Assembly (NCBI RefSeq): GCF_018320785.1
Contig: NC_054879.1
Coordinates: forward strand, 26,456,546-26,520,545
Source: Cheilinus undulatus
Taxonomy: Eukaryota
Length of the DNA: 64,000 nucleotides
Reading direction: 5' to 3'
In this document: in pieces, positions 50,498 through 64,000 of the stretch
Layout of the letters: every line of letters starts with the position of its first letter
Numbering within the stretch: position 1 is the first letter of the stretch
Program-made: the position numbers and the translations under genes
The notes under the pieces: model-generated
Seen by the model: the letters and a program-made list of their open reading frames with translations, nothing else
What the model was told of the DNA's origin: nothing
The model's database searches: none

Positions 50498-53109
50498 TAA
50501 ATCAGAATCAGCTTAATAATCAGTTTTGTTTGTGCATGATTTAATGCTTGTTAACCTTTCTTTCTATCTACAAGCATACAAATTCAACAATGTACTATTA
50601 AACTAAAATATACAGGACTTAATGACAGGATAGTACAGTCATTGCAAAAGAAAGAGTGGGCTTAGTGCTGTAAGTCCATCTGTACCAGCTGTCCTTTGTT
50701 CTACATATTTCTGACCCATTTTCAACCTTTTCCAACCAATTCTCCACCTAACACTTAGGATGTAACGGTATCAGAATCTCACCGTATGGTATTTACCTCG
50801 GTGACAAGTCCACGGTACAGTATTTATCCAACAATAATTGCACTTTAAATATAACAATATGTGCAAAAAATGTGTCGTTGGTGTCCATAGTCTTAAAAAT
50901 TATTGAATATTTTGAAATCTGTGATGTTTGTGTGATGGTTTGTGCGGAGACGGAAGCAGTTTTAAACAGTTTATTGTGCAGGTAAGTGCAGAGGGGAGGG
51001 GGATTCCAAGAGTCCAGGAGGGAGTGAGAGAGTGCTGGAGCTGGCTGTGGTGATCTGAGCAGGAGGCACTGGAAAAAAGGAGGAGAGGCACGTTAGCGAC
51101 AAGTACAGGAGGAATACGAACACTGGAGATAACAAGAATCATCAAAAACACAAGAAAACTTCTCTGGAGGATCTTGAGAAGGAGCCTGGAGCAGATGTTT
51201 ACCGTGTGGTAAGGTAGACAAGACTCAGGCGCTGAAGAGAGCTGCAGCCGGTCTTAAATAGCAGGAGTCTATTAGGTGATTCGCTGCAGGTGTGACTCTC
51301 CACAGCACCAGGGGGGCAGGGTGAAAGCCTCAGGAGAAACAGAGAGGATAGTTAGCAGCCAGCAGCCAGCTCCGGAAACCGGAAGTTCCACAAAATAAAA
51401 TACTCAATACAAAATAAACACCACAAAATCTTTATTGACAAATAGAGGATAAAGGAAATACAATGGATTATGGGATATGGGAGAACTGAAAGGTTTTTTT
51501 TATAAAATTAAAAACTGCACCAGTTGGACCTTGTTAATAAAAAAGGCATACCTATTGCATGAAATCAAGTTTTTCTAACATTTTCAATGCTGCTGCCTAT
51601 TTAATACTTTTGCTCCTGCGTGTTTGATACCTTCTAAAACCTTTGTTGCTCACAAGTAAATGGCCATAGATCTTTGGCGATGTATTCCATACTCCTTGTG
51701 ATCTGTTGAGCTCTAGCGCTTTCATGGAGAAGTGGGACTGCAAAAGCTTTGTTAAGGGTCCTGGCCTGGGCAGATATTGCTAACCTTTGGATTATTAGAG
51801 TGCCATCATTTTTATAAAATTTAATCTTGCTAAATCCTTGTATTTGCAGGAAGCCTTTACAGCAAAGCCACATTTGTATCAGTATTTACAGTGAATCTGT
51901 GTAAGTGCTCCTGGTTATATTCTCTACCCTGAATCTGCCAAAGAAACCCTTCCTGTATTTGAAGTTCAGCACCTTTACATGAATAAAAACATTGATTGTG
52001 TGTGGGAAAAATGCTCGTGACCTTCAAAGCAGTGCCTTGCCTGAATGCATCTGGTGCAGACTGAGGCTGCTGCTGCTGATGTGCTAATGTGCTGCTGTCA
52101 CTTCACAGCCGGTGTAGACAAGGTGTGTGATGGTAAACATGATAAACAATACCTGCTAAACTTAGAAAGCATGAAAGCATCATTACTGTTAGTGAGCTGA
52201 ATGTAGCACTGAGCTCTCAGTCTCTTGATTCTAGCTAATTCTGCCTTTGACATGAATGATGCTCACTGAGGTTGATGTTTTCAAGGGTTGATGGTGAAGG
52301 GTACTGGGGAGGTTAGGGGATTTGGATTGTGTGAGAGGTTTTCTGTCATCTCTAGAATGTCATCCTATGTATTACTGTCTACCCCAGGAAGACTAGTTAC
52401 TGTCCTGGTAGACAATAATGGGGATGCTACAAAACAAACAAAGCTATGCCAGCATGGCTGTGAGACATCTTCAGTCTTGCTAAATGTCAGCCAAGACAGC
52501 AAGACTATATTTGTGATATTATTACTTGTTTAAGTATTGATGCTTAAAATTGAGCCACACAACAATGAACAAAATACAGGATAGTATGAATGTAGTTACC
52601 ACATTAGCAATAAATATATGACCAAAAATCAAGTTTATAGCCCAAAGATAAAGGTTTTAGGAACTTATCCACCTTGAAATAGTAATGTCAGAGTTTTTAT
52701 TTGGAATGCATTTTAGTTTCTCCCTCTTATTTAGGATAGGACCTGATAAGTATAAAACCCAAGCCTTGTCTTTGAACAGGAAGTGTTTTTTTTTTTGTTT
52801 TGTTTTTTACAAAAAAGAAAGATGTCTGCATATTAGGACAACGGGCTTATATAACCGTACAGTGCACAACATTTAAAAAAACATTTTGTACATATATTTG
52901 AGTGTGTTTAGGCCAGTTGATTGGGGAGCATTCAGTTAGTAAGGCCAGGTATGGACTAAATTTCCAGTAAAAGTAATAAAGGTCTTAGGAAAATTCCATT
53001 TGAAATGAGCAGAGATTACCAAATAATAATATGTGTCCTCAAAACTTCTCCGGATGTTTCAGTAGACTTTTCTAGCCTAAAGATACACAGAACATTATCA
53101 CCAAAAAGT

Positions 53110-53400
53110 TTAAGTTGTTTTTTTTTTTAATTTCAGGAAAATTTCCCCATATTTCAAAGCAAGTTACACCCAAAATGTCTAATCATATAACCCAAAAATT
53201 ACAAATTCCCCCAGACATCCAAACAAATTCCCTAAAAATAAAATTCAAAGGAAATTTCCCACTCAAAGTTCCAATCAAATTCCCAAAAATAAAGTCCCCA
53301 AATTTCCATGAAACTACCAAAAAAATCCTAAAAGTTCAAAGTACATGCCAACCCTATCCCTATCCCTTCCTAAACTAAGCTGATACGCCAGATGGACTGT
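53110..53400. repeat. Degenerate ~20-25-bp tandem repeat, 'caaattccc / aaatttccc' units
   Basis: acaaattcccccagacatcc, aaacaaattccctaaaaataaaattc, aaaggaaatttcccactcaaagttcc, aatcaaattcccaaaaataaagtcccc, aaatttccatgaaactacc; this is the source of ORF 53115..53378. Confidence 0.6.
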
Positions 53401-53599
53401 TTCATATATCTACTGCATGCATATATTTCATTTTCATCTAGGAAAGCTTCCATAGAAAGCGTTTCTGTAGGGCAGGACTTTTCAAAAAATTCTCAGAAGG
53501 TGATTGGAGGAACATTCTGTCTGTTCAGACCAACAACACCAAATAAGGTTGTGCTAATACGCTTCTCCTGAGCAGACAGGCCAAAGCTGCTGTGGTTGT

Positions 53600-54095
53600 G
53601 AATGGTGGAGCTCTCCCATAAATAAATTTATGCCAAGGCTGGTCAGGAGACATGCAAAAACAACTTCGCTGCCAAGACAAACTTTTAGCGTGACTCTTAG
53701 TTCTTTTTTCCAAAGAAAATGTGTTTCAGTTCAGATTAAACTGCAGCTTTACTGCAGCTACATCCATGCTAATAGCAACTACAACAACAGCCATTGGATA
53801 CACCAGCAGACCCCCCTCCCCACCCCCATAATGATCACAAACACATGCCAAAGCAGACTGGGAGAAGAGAAAAAAACATCTTTTCTGTCATGAAAGACTT
53901 TTAGTGTTGTTTCTATTCTTTATTTCAGAACAGAAATGTGGTACAGTACTGAAAAAACTGATACTTTATTGTGGCAGCCATTGCAATTGGCAACTAAAAC
54001 TAAACCCTGCCCATAGCTACCGCTTTGTTCTCCCCAAATGATGCTGATTGGTCCAAACAGCATTCAGTTCAGTTCAGCATAAATGGTGTGGATTA
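53600..54095. repeat. Unclassified interspersed repeat (family R1), copy 3 (two sub-units)
   Basis: aaatttatgccaaggctgg..cttcgctgccaagacaaacttttagcgtgac..ttcttttttccaaagaaaatg..ctgcagctacatccatgctaatagcaac, and ..gggagaagagaaaaaaacatcttttctgtcatgaaagacttttagtg..gcccatagctaccgctttgttctcc..atgatgctgattggtcc..cagttcag. Homologous to 12020-12360 and 18660-19230. Confidence 0.5.
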
Positions 54096-57000
54096 AAGCT
54101 TTTCAAGACAGATTTGCTGGATGATAGACATGGAGTCTGGCAAATTAATCTGCTTTGCAAGGTAAGGTATAAACATTTCATCAAAATAAATGGAGGTCAA
54201 TGGGGAATACAGGGATTTCAACACTAAATCAATCAGAAAAACTGTATAATAAAATGGTTTTTGAAAGCCTAAATCCAGGGGCCAGCAAGTTAAACCTAAA
54301 AATTCACTTTTCTGAATGAGAACTGGCATCATAACATTGTAAGTATTAGGTGTTCATGAGTGTTCGTTCACATTCTCTTTGTCAATCTGGACAAATTTCC
54401 CCATCTTGTGATGGGAGAAGTCATAAACTGTCATCATATACCTAATGTGAGTGTTTCAACTGTCTTAAATGAGTTAGATCTACAGCTCCTGCTGTCACAG
54501 AGCTGTCACCTGGGCCAGATTAACCAATGGGCATTAAGGACATCCTCATCAGCTGTAACGTTCTGAACATGGATAAAACATGAGTGAAAAGAGCTGACAG
54601 TGTGGACTCATTTTACCCCTGGTTATATTAAAAATTATAATGCCAGCGTCATATTTACAGATGTTATGTACACATCATTTGTTTTTAAGTCATATGTTGA
54701 TGAATTGTTTACCTGATCATTGTTTGCGAGTGTCAAAAAAATGGCAGTGCTATCCCGTCAGCTCTCATAGACAGTTTTCACTTAGTTTGCTCCTTTCTGC
54801 ATGTCTTCGTCCGTAAATTAAACGCTTTATGAGAAAAGAGGCCAGTTTTTATGGAAAGAGTCAATTATCCTCAGTGTGTTTAAAACCCTATGTTTTTGAC
54901 ACTGTTTTGCTATTATTATGTGTAAATCGGGTGTGGTGGTTTGTATCTATAGGTCAGAGGCAGAGCCATGGGGTGGTTTGCAGGGCTTATGCCTTTAATG
55001 TTTTCTCAGAAGTCCAGAATCTTTAAGTTTGGTAAAACGTATGATATTGTTGAGTGTAATGATCGATAAATGCAAAAAGAAATTTCCTGGATGAAGATAA
55101 ACAAATAGACCCTGCTGATCACAACATGAAAATTGTATTCCTTGGGCCAACTGAAAAAAAAATCTGATTTTTTTCCTTTTTTTTAATCTCTAAAAGCTTG
55201 AACACATGCTGCAGAAAAATAAAAACTCTAATATTAATGTTTAGGAATTTTCATAGCTATGTATCTTTTCACAGATTCTCTTTTTTATTTTAATCTTTAA
55301 TCTTTTCTTGTTTGGATTCTTTTTCTTTTTTTTTCCTATGGCAAAGTTTTGCACAAAATTCTGACCCTACCCATGTTATGTAGCTTTAGAGATAAACATC
55401 AGATATTTCTGATTGCTTTAGGAAGCATGAATAAAAAAAAATTGTATCTTTATATTGTTGTAAAGGGCAACAGGTTTGTTAGCATTTTTGATTAACTATT
55501 TTTAAAATTTTCTTTAAAATAATGCATATAAGAGCTGGTTATGAAAAAATAAATGACATAAAATTCAGGGATGCATGCTTTACATGGATAGTGGGTCCCT
55601 GGACCATCCTAAGTGTAGGCTAAGCCCACTATATTTGACACATCTGGCTCCACCCCTATAGGTGTTGTTCAGTGTGAATCCTTTATGACAGAGGATCTAC
55701 AAGTGTAGATTTCATATTTTCTGTGATCATATGATCTGTAGCTCATCAGTGTACATCCTCTAGAAGCTTCAGGTGTTTCCAACAAATACCGGCCTGATAT
55801 TCAAAACCTTGATGGCATGGGTGTGTACTGTGGCAGAGGTGGTTGGGGTTTCAGGGCCCCTGCATTCTTAATCCAGCCCTGGCTATCACTGGCTTAAAGT
55901 CACTGGGAACACAATGTTGGTCACAAATTCAACCACTTTACTCCTCTCTAGTTTCAGCCAAAAGCCACAGGGCTCTTCTTTCACACTCCTTTAATATTTG
56001 AGGACAACAAAACATCATAAATTATGTATTTTTAATTGTGAAAAGCCAATAAAATTGTGTAAAATCACATTGCTGCTGTTTTCTGAGCTACCACCATTCA
56101 GCTTCTGACTTGTTTTCGGCCAAACGGCGCTGGGGTTGAAGCAGCATAGGACTGCTCTTATCAACTGTGTTTCCACTTCAAAAATAAAGTCCTTAAGACG
56201 ATGTCAATCAAATATATTGTAGAAAGAAGGACCTACTATATACCTGTTGTTGTCAATAACAGCTCCAACTGTCTGTCAGTTGGTATTCACACAAAATTAA
56301 AAATAGTCCAGAAATGCTAAATACATCTTCACAAAGAGGTTCAGGGTCAAGATGAACACACACCCGTGCTCTGCTTTCTCATATCGCTCTCCCTGCTTGT
56401 ACATCTGAGTGCATACCATTGATATTCGGGCAGTCGTTGTCATCCACCACCCTCCAGGCCACCGCAGGCGTCATAGATTTCCAGTCGTGTGACATTAACC
56501 TCAGACCGCTGCTGCCGTATTACCAGCACCACCTCTCTGTTCTCTCATTCAGGCTTAACTAAGCCTCAAGTGGAGGAAGAGGTGAGAGGAGAAGCCGAGA
56601 AAGAAAGACGGGCGAGAGAGGTGGAGGGGATGCATGTGGAGCTGATGTGGCAGACTGTAAAATAAGAAGAGTGAGGGGTAAATAACAGCAGCAGAAGGGA
56701 GAGGGGCTGCACACAACAGCGGATGTATGAACAGGATGGATGAGGGAGGAGGAGCTTTAATGTGCTTTACTTTATCACATGAATGGAATCAATCAGGAGG
56801 ACAAATGTGCGCATGAGGTGATGACTAGTTAATTCTCGGAGATTGCGATCATGTGCGGCTCCCAAAAGAAGGAATGTGAGTGAGATAAAAATCCTCTCTC
56901 TATCCACCATCTACTGTGTCTGTGGTCAGAGCAATAAGCTGTCATCAGAGGAAAGCCAGAGCTAGAGCTCCTCCATGTGGCAGGTTTGGGCACTGCAGGG

Positions 57001-58693
57001 CTCTGTGCAGGCAGGAACATGCTGAAGGACTTCTATTGTGAAGCTCAGGCCTGTTATAAAACAAATGAAGGAAATCTAGGGGGTGCAGTTTGAAGGTTTG
57101 CAATACACAATGATGCTTTATTACTCTGCAGTTCTATCAAGAAAGCACAGCTAAAATAATGATCTTTTTAATGTATACCAAGTAATAGCTAGAGATATAT
57201 CCTGCACAACACCAAACCAAAAAGTTCATGATACAAGTGGGGGAGCAGTTTTTATTTCATGTTTTTTTTTATCAATGCAATCTCTAACTTTAAATATCAA
57301 TGCATGAAAAAGTGCCAAAAACTCACATTGGGCACGTTTTGAACCAGTTTGACTGGAGCAAATGAGACATCACTGTCTAAACTGTACAAACGTATTGGGA
57401 ATGTTTCAACACTACAATGCACTTGTGCATTGCAAACACTGTATCAGGTAGTTTAATATACTGCATGTGACAACCACAGAAAACAGATATTCTTTTTATA
57501 TTTTAATGCTTTTTGAGTTTTGTAGCCACTTGTCTGAATTTCCTAACAGGACAGAATCAAATGCAGTCTTCAAATGGAACTTATACAGGTTGTGAAGGGT
57601 CCCAATTATCCAAACCACTTGCTACTTTTATGGCAAGGGTGCCAAGCTTACACATCTGTCCCAAAAGACAGAGGGTTTGCACTGATATCACTTTCAGCAC
57701 ACAACACGACTGTTGAGCCTTTACCAACATTAAAAATTCTGCTGTATGATGTTGTAAGTATGGCTGCTCTAGGCTTCCATACCCCCAACAACTTGTAGAA
57801 ACAAAAGACAAGACAACAAATGTGACGGTCTAAATTGAAACTTGCTCCTTTCAGCCTTGTATGTGGCCAAACAATGTGGCCTCAATAAAGGGCTCTGCAG
57901 TTACTAAGATCATTGATAAAGGTATTGCTCATGAGCCCAAACCCCATATGGTCCCTCCTCATGCTCACAATAAACAAAAAAGTGAAAGTTTAATATCATG
58001 CATGTATACAATGATGTACAAGAAACTCAAAGCAAAAGCTGGTTTGACATGCCAGCATGCAGATGTTGTAAAGCCATGAGGGCCACTCTCCTGATGCCAC
58101 TCTTCTGTTTTCCAAAAGATTACTATGATAAATATAGATCAAAAGTTTGAGTATAATTATGCTCCCCAGCAGGCAGTTTGAGGAGGTTTAAAGGGAGATG
58201 AAAGACTGCTTGTTAGCTAAATCACCAAAAGTGCCCTTCCTTCCCTCGTTAACCATAAGCACTTGCCACTAGAAAAACATCTCATTGAAGCCCAGCCAGC
58301 AACTTTGAAAGGCAATGTTAACTTATTTTTATGGTTATGAAAGAGTTTGCATTAAAAAGTTTTGATTGTCTTTGTGTTTGAATTTTACCTGCACTTACCC
58401 TTGAAGAACTCAAGCTGAAATTAACAAGAACTTAAAACTGTTACTCTAAATTGTCTACATCTGTACTTTAGGTGTACTAGAAAGTGAAAGAGGAGACCAT
58501 ATTAGACTTATATGGCCAAATGTTTGTATCCTTTATGCAGTACGTTAATGCCTGTCTGACTAGGCGATACCTGAACATAACCACTGACAGTATGGGGCTT
58601 TTGCATGAAGCAGACCACAAAGGTAAGATTAAGTTATTTGCTGAAAAATAAAACCAACTATTAGCTAGTTGAAAATCCTGTTTGTTTACTTCA

Positions 58694-58696
<3 letters not shown>

Positions 58697-58727
<31 letters not shown>
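58697..58727. repeat. Poly(A) tract, 31 nt
   Basis: Uninterrupted A31. Confidence 0.95.
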
Positions 58728-58730
<3 letters not shown>

Positions 58731-61700
58731 GGGTCCGTTCTAGTCAAATCAAGTCTCTGCAGCTCTCATCCTTGTGGCACAACACGTTTCTGCTGGGCTC
58801 CAGTGCAAATATATTTTATGGGCCTTCCTCCTTGCCCTAACAGATATGCACATTTGTTTGCACAAACACTTAAAGACACAGAAAAATTTTAAACAATTCC
58901 ATAGAAATGTCATCCAAACCAGCCTCTGATCAGCACCACCATCATCAACTGGCACATTTATCCATGTTTATCTAACGGCCTTCCTCAAACCACCTCAGCC
59001 TAGTTTTAATTTACAACCAAACATCACTTCAACAGGCTGTGTACACATGACATCATGTTGCAGTGAAGAACTTTAGATGGGAGGAAGGAAGTGATCTCTG
59101 CATGGAGAAGCACTATCACAATGACAACATTTTGTGCTGTTAATGGCTCTGCCAACTGCAGGTAGAGGTTAAAAAAAATCCCAGAGAAATAGCAGCAGAC
59201 ATGAATGGAACCATCTGTCTTTTACCATTGAAGAAAAGAAACAGACACAGCTTGTCTATGGTCCACTTCTATGGTTTAGTACAGTAAGCTGCTGCAGTTG
59301 AAAAGTTTGTATTTAGATCCCGGAATTGAGCTGATGGTCCGCCACAAGGCTCCTGCCTCTCAGCACCCCCTCAATGCTCTTAGCTGGATGTCCCATGGGG
59401 TCTGAAGTGTTTACTTTGAAAAACATGAGCGTTCAAAGCAGTCCTGGTCACCTGAATATCCAGTAGCTGTCAGAAATAATGGACTAAGAGTTCGGACTAA
59501 GAAATTTTTTTTAAATTGGGTCCCAGAGTTAACAAATCTGTAAACGCTTACCATTTCACGTGGACAGCCAACCGCATCTTTCTTGAAACGATTACGTCAT
59601 ACGTAGCATAGCCCACTTATACTCCCTTTACATACGAAAATGTATACGTCCTTTTCAAACGATGTTACCGTCACTGCTCACATACTTCCATGCGTCCTTT
59701 ACGTTGGCATGGATGTTAACCAATACATCCACCGGGGGGGGCAGCCCAGAGTCAAAAGTTTATGACAACAACAAACTCAAAAACAAACATGATGACTGTG
59801 AAGGAGGTATTGATAATGTAACTCTTTCATAAAAGACAAAAACAGAGGCAGTGTTTCTAACCAACTCGCACAATTTTTCCTCAAAAAGTTCCGCCGTTGT
59901 TATTTCTTCTTCGTGTTTAACTAGAGCTACATATCAGGTAGTGACAGCAACACTGCCCCCATGGTTTCCGGTGGTACTGCTCCGTTTGGTCCGTATCCCT
60001 TAGCTTTATGGAAACATACAGAACTACGGACGAAATGAACACGAGGCAGAGACAGAAGGCTCTGTCCGTATCCAGGTCCGTATTTAACGTTGAGCATAAC
60101 TGGGCCTCAAAGCAGCGTGTGCGTGTCAAGCCAATACAACTATGGTGGATTTCAGAGTTGTGTTCGTGCTGCAGAAGCTACTGAGCTTATTATGGCTTTT
60201 ACACCAAAATCAGCTGCTCCTTTACCACCACTGAAAACAGCATACACCAGATGTTCTTAAATCCATAGCGGAAAACAACCAGAAGGACAACAAGGAGAAA
60301 TTTTTGGGCAGTTTTCTGTGGTCTTCTTCTCTCTTGTGGTGCATTTCCATGGCAGCGTTACAGCACCACGTACAGGCTTGGCATATATACTACAGCGTTT
60401 TCAGTCGTTCTCAGTGGTTCCGTGCTTATGCAGACATTTCCTGGAATGATCCAGTGTTTACAGAAAACTTTTTCAAAATGAAACGGAAATCTATCATTTT
60501 CGTCTTCATGTGGACAAGGCCTGAGTTGCCAGACAACTAAAAAAAAAAAGTCAATTATGTCTATTTATCATTAGTCTGTTGCTTACCCAACAAGGTTTAT
60601 CTGCCTAATAGTATGTAACCGTTTCCATCAAAACCATGTTTATGAAAAAATGAGAAAGAAAAGCTGTTAAAGGGGCGCTCTTGTCTTTCTTCATCTGTCG
60701 GAGATCTGCAGGACTTAGTGACCTGTGATATCAAAAGCCTCTAAACCAGGCAAATTGGTTAACATCTGGAATAAAAACTTTTTTGGTGACGTAGGAATTT
60801 TGTGTTGATTACTGCAGCATGCAGGTCCACACTGATCTATAACAAACTAATATGCCTCCACTCCCATTGATTCCCAGCCGGTGGTCTTTGCTTCCTGACC
60901 CCTATCTGACTGTGCATTGTTGGGATCACATGACTGCAAACAGCCTATAGCCAGCTTACACTGTGTACTCATGATAATTTTACAAATAGCCAAAGCATGG
61001 ATGCTTTAAATATACCTGCTCCAATGACAACATCTGATGCATGTGCACGCAGGCTCCATTCATCATTAGTGGTACAGCGGTCTAATTGCATCACGGACAG
61101 GTAGCACATTTTCTAGTCTATGACAGGTCAGATTTCATCCCACTCTATAGCAAAGGGAATCTGTAGGGGCCCACTTTCCATCTACCAGAGCCCACTCATG
61201 TCACTGCTGCATTGTCTGCAATAAATGTAGTTGTCTCTGAATGATCCTCAATTCTAGTTTTCAAGTCCTCTGACCTACAAAAGGGTGTATTAGTTTAAGG
61301 TGACCCTATAGCTCAGACCAAGATGATGAAGCAAAGACTTCAAAAAGATGCTTCAAGACTCTGCAGTGCTTTATAAATGTACAGTGATAGATGACAACCT
61401 CAGAGACTGCAGAGAAGTTTTCAATTTTGCTCTCATTCTGGTTCCAGTCAACAGCAGATGGAGACTCAGCGCTACATAGTAAACACATAAACTAAGCAGA
61501 TAAATGAAAGCTGGACAACGAGTAAATATTGTGACAAAGTCCCTGAGTTCCTTCAGTAAACACATCAAGGTAACTTTTGCACACGCTCAAAGGAAAACAC
61601 ACAGCGGAGAAAGAAAGCTGACTCATGTCTGTGTTCAGCTCTGAATACAGCTGACTCACTCACCGTGTCACCCTGCAAGGCTGCTCCAGCACAGTCTGGA

Positions 61701-62469
61701 TGGTGGGCTGGAGGGGGCAGAGTATCAAAGCCAATCTGCTGTTTCTGAAGTAATAGTGCAATTAAACACCCAGTGACAGCCTTGTATGACTCAGATAAGA
61801 CGCTGTGTGCAACTGCAACATTAAAAGTTTGCTACAAGTTGTCAAGGGTATGGAAGCCTGGAGCGACCATGCTTGAAACTGGTTTTTAAATGCCAGTGTT
61901 TCAAGATCACACCTTAATCATTAGGATGCAGCCTTATCCTTTACACTACACTTCATAAAACTGTTTGTTTTTAATAAGAGCAATTTATCTCATTATCTGT
62001 GGGGAAAACAGCACTTAATCATTAAAAAAGTAGGTTAAAGGGAAATAATAGCACATATTTCATTTATACAGATGACAAACTCAGCTTTCTTGAGTTCTAC
62101 CAAGACAGAGGAGCTAAATTTGCTAAAAATTAATTTCCTAACGTTTAAAACACAGAGTAAAAAAAAATTCCACTGCCAGGGATCTCTCAGTCAAAACAAT
62201 AAATCAAGCATATAGTGTAAGCTGAGGCAGGCCTCAGAATCACACACTGCCATATAATTTAGATCAGCTGATCTCACTCAAGCCTTCATCCACAGATGGC
62301 TTTTGTCTAATCACACTATTGCTGCCATATTTAAACTGCTCTAGACTGGCTACTCTATGTTGCTCCCTGTACAAGCTGCTTTTGCAACCCTCCTCCACCC
62401 CAGCTCCTCCTTTATTCTACTTTTGACTTAATCAATGTAATTCTGTTGTCACTGATGCCTGCTCTGCTC

Positions 62470-62520
62470 TGGGGGTTTTTTTGTTTTGTTTTTTTTTTTT
62501 TTGTTTTTTGCTGTTTTTTT
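62470..62520. repeat. T-rich simple repeat (T/G)
   Basis: gggggtttttttgttttgtttttttttttttgttttttgctgtttttttccc. Confidence 0.9.
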
Positions 62521-64000
62521 CCCTGCCTCAAGCTGTCTTTGTAGGCACAGAAAAGGCAGGAACAGCTTGATGCTCTATGTAGGCTTGTGGACAGACAGGG
62601 GGATTCCAGAACAGCCACCACCAAATATAAGTAACAATAATAAATGCAAATTAATAATTGCTAATAAAGAGAACATTTTCTAACTGCAAATCATGCATGT
62701 TTCTGGACAAAGTGGTCCTGACTTAACTGAAGATCATGACAAGGGTAGTAGGGCATAAGCCATAGGCCATAGAGAGAGATGTGAGAAGAATAATGCAGCT
62801 ATTTTACATCCCTACCCACAGTGCACAGCACAGTAATGGCTTACACGTGGATCGATTATTTTCATTTCTTTCAAAATGGGGAAATATAGTGTGCTTTCTT
62901 GCACAAAAGACAAAATTTTATCTAATAATGCTAGCATGTCTGAATACTCAGCGGTTCAGTTTACACGTGGGTATTTTGTATCATCTGCCAGATGGGAAGG
63001 GCTCATCCTCAGAGAGCAGGATGTGAGACCAGTTAGACAATACTTTCTATGCTTGCTTGAGAACAGACTGCTCATATAGTGACTGCAGTAGCGGCTGGTG
63101 CATAATGGTCACAAGTATCACAGATGGCCCCTCTTAGTTTCTAAACTTCATGCTAACATCATGACATTTTTATATATAATACTTAACAAGAACAGTGTGT
63201 GAACTCATAAAAGGCTGAATGATACTGGAAATATAACTTAAATTACAATCATGTTCTTTCTGTTATATAGAGTATACAGTATTGTGCAGAACTTTAAGGC
63301 TCAAAAATTGAGGCTGAAGGAAAGCAAGAGGCAAATGTAATATTCTGACTAGAATGTCATATTTGTTATCATTAGGATTTGAGCCAGGAACTTGTAAGCT
63401 TTCTTATTGCTTCTTCAATATGCTTAGTTGTGACTGGTCGTTATGACAAAACACTACCAAGTCTGAGAACCCATATGCGTCCATCTGAGTCACCTGCAGC
63501 TTCCAGTATTAAATCCTGGTGTTGAAGCTCATCATAGCCCAGTATCCTTTGTTGTACACATTGAGCAACAGAGACAACAACAGTGAGTGAGCCTGCCTAG
63601 GAGCACCAAGGAGTGGGAAGGAGGACTGACACAACCCCAGTTGTGCTCTGGATGTCTTTGCATATTAACAGGGGCATGGGAAAATAATCTGGTGAAAAAA
63701 AAATAAAGACCACACCTTTAGAGTGGAGTAAGGGTTGGATGTGGCAAATAATCCATAGCCAAGGGTCGAGGTCATTAACTACATTTACAAAAGGGCCAGC
63801 TTTTTTCTCGATGGATGCTTTTGCAGCTTAACTTTCAGATATACTAAAATAAAGAGACATTTTGTTCTAGTTGACATATTTAATTTTTTTTTTTTTTATT
63901 CTTTCAAACGTACAGAATTTTTACCCAGTCCGTATACCACAGCCAGCCACAAGGGGGCGATGATGTACAGTTGCTGGTTATTTGTGGTGCTCTTATGTTC

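Noticed and set aside
1-64000. A novel prokaryote-style multi-gene system (defence island, operon, CRISPR-Cas)
   Set aside because: No ORF exceeds 159 aa on either strand. The content is vertebrate-type interspersed repeats (Tc1, LINE, SINE-like, MITE) and microsatellites. There are no Shine-Dalgarno-spaced gene arrays and no CRISPR-like short direct repeats with unique spacers. The sequence is teleost nuclear non-coding DNA.

Overview
This window looks like non-coding teleost-fish nuclear DNA made up mainly of decayed transposable elements and simple repeats; I found no intact protein-coding gene, rRNA, tRNA or CRISPR array. The longest open frame is 159 aa, and nearly every ORF over 80 aa lies inside a recognisable transposon or LINE remnant or is a microsatellite translation.

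What I can support from the sequence:
- At least five copies of one Tc1/mariner family in different decay states, including an internally deleted MITE-like copy and a 5'-truncated ~1.4 kb copy with a frame-shifted transposase.
- A second Tc1 family with long IR/DR-type TIRs, and a further 3' Tc1 fragment.
- Three non-LTR (LINE) ORF2 fragments, a 463-bp MITE with 30-bp TIRs, and a Harbinger-like terminus.
- Two unclassified interspersed repeat families with multiple copies.
- A ~381-bp satellite-like tandem array of more than three units.
- (GGAT)n and (CCT)n microsatellites and several low-complexity tracts.

The observations I would look at again are the tandem array, a ~1 kb CpG-retaining block in otherwise CpG-poor DNA, an inverted-repeat structure around an AGCTA-rich tract, a LINE tail flanked by ~170-bp direct repeats, and one weak candidate exon ending in a canonical GT donor. 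I see no support for a prokaryote-style or otherwise novel multi-gene system. All family assignments are from by-eye comparison with remembered consensus and protein motifs; no database search was run.
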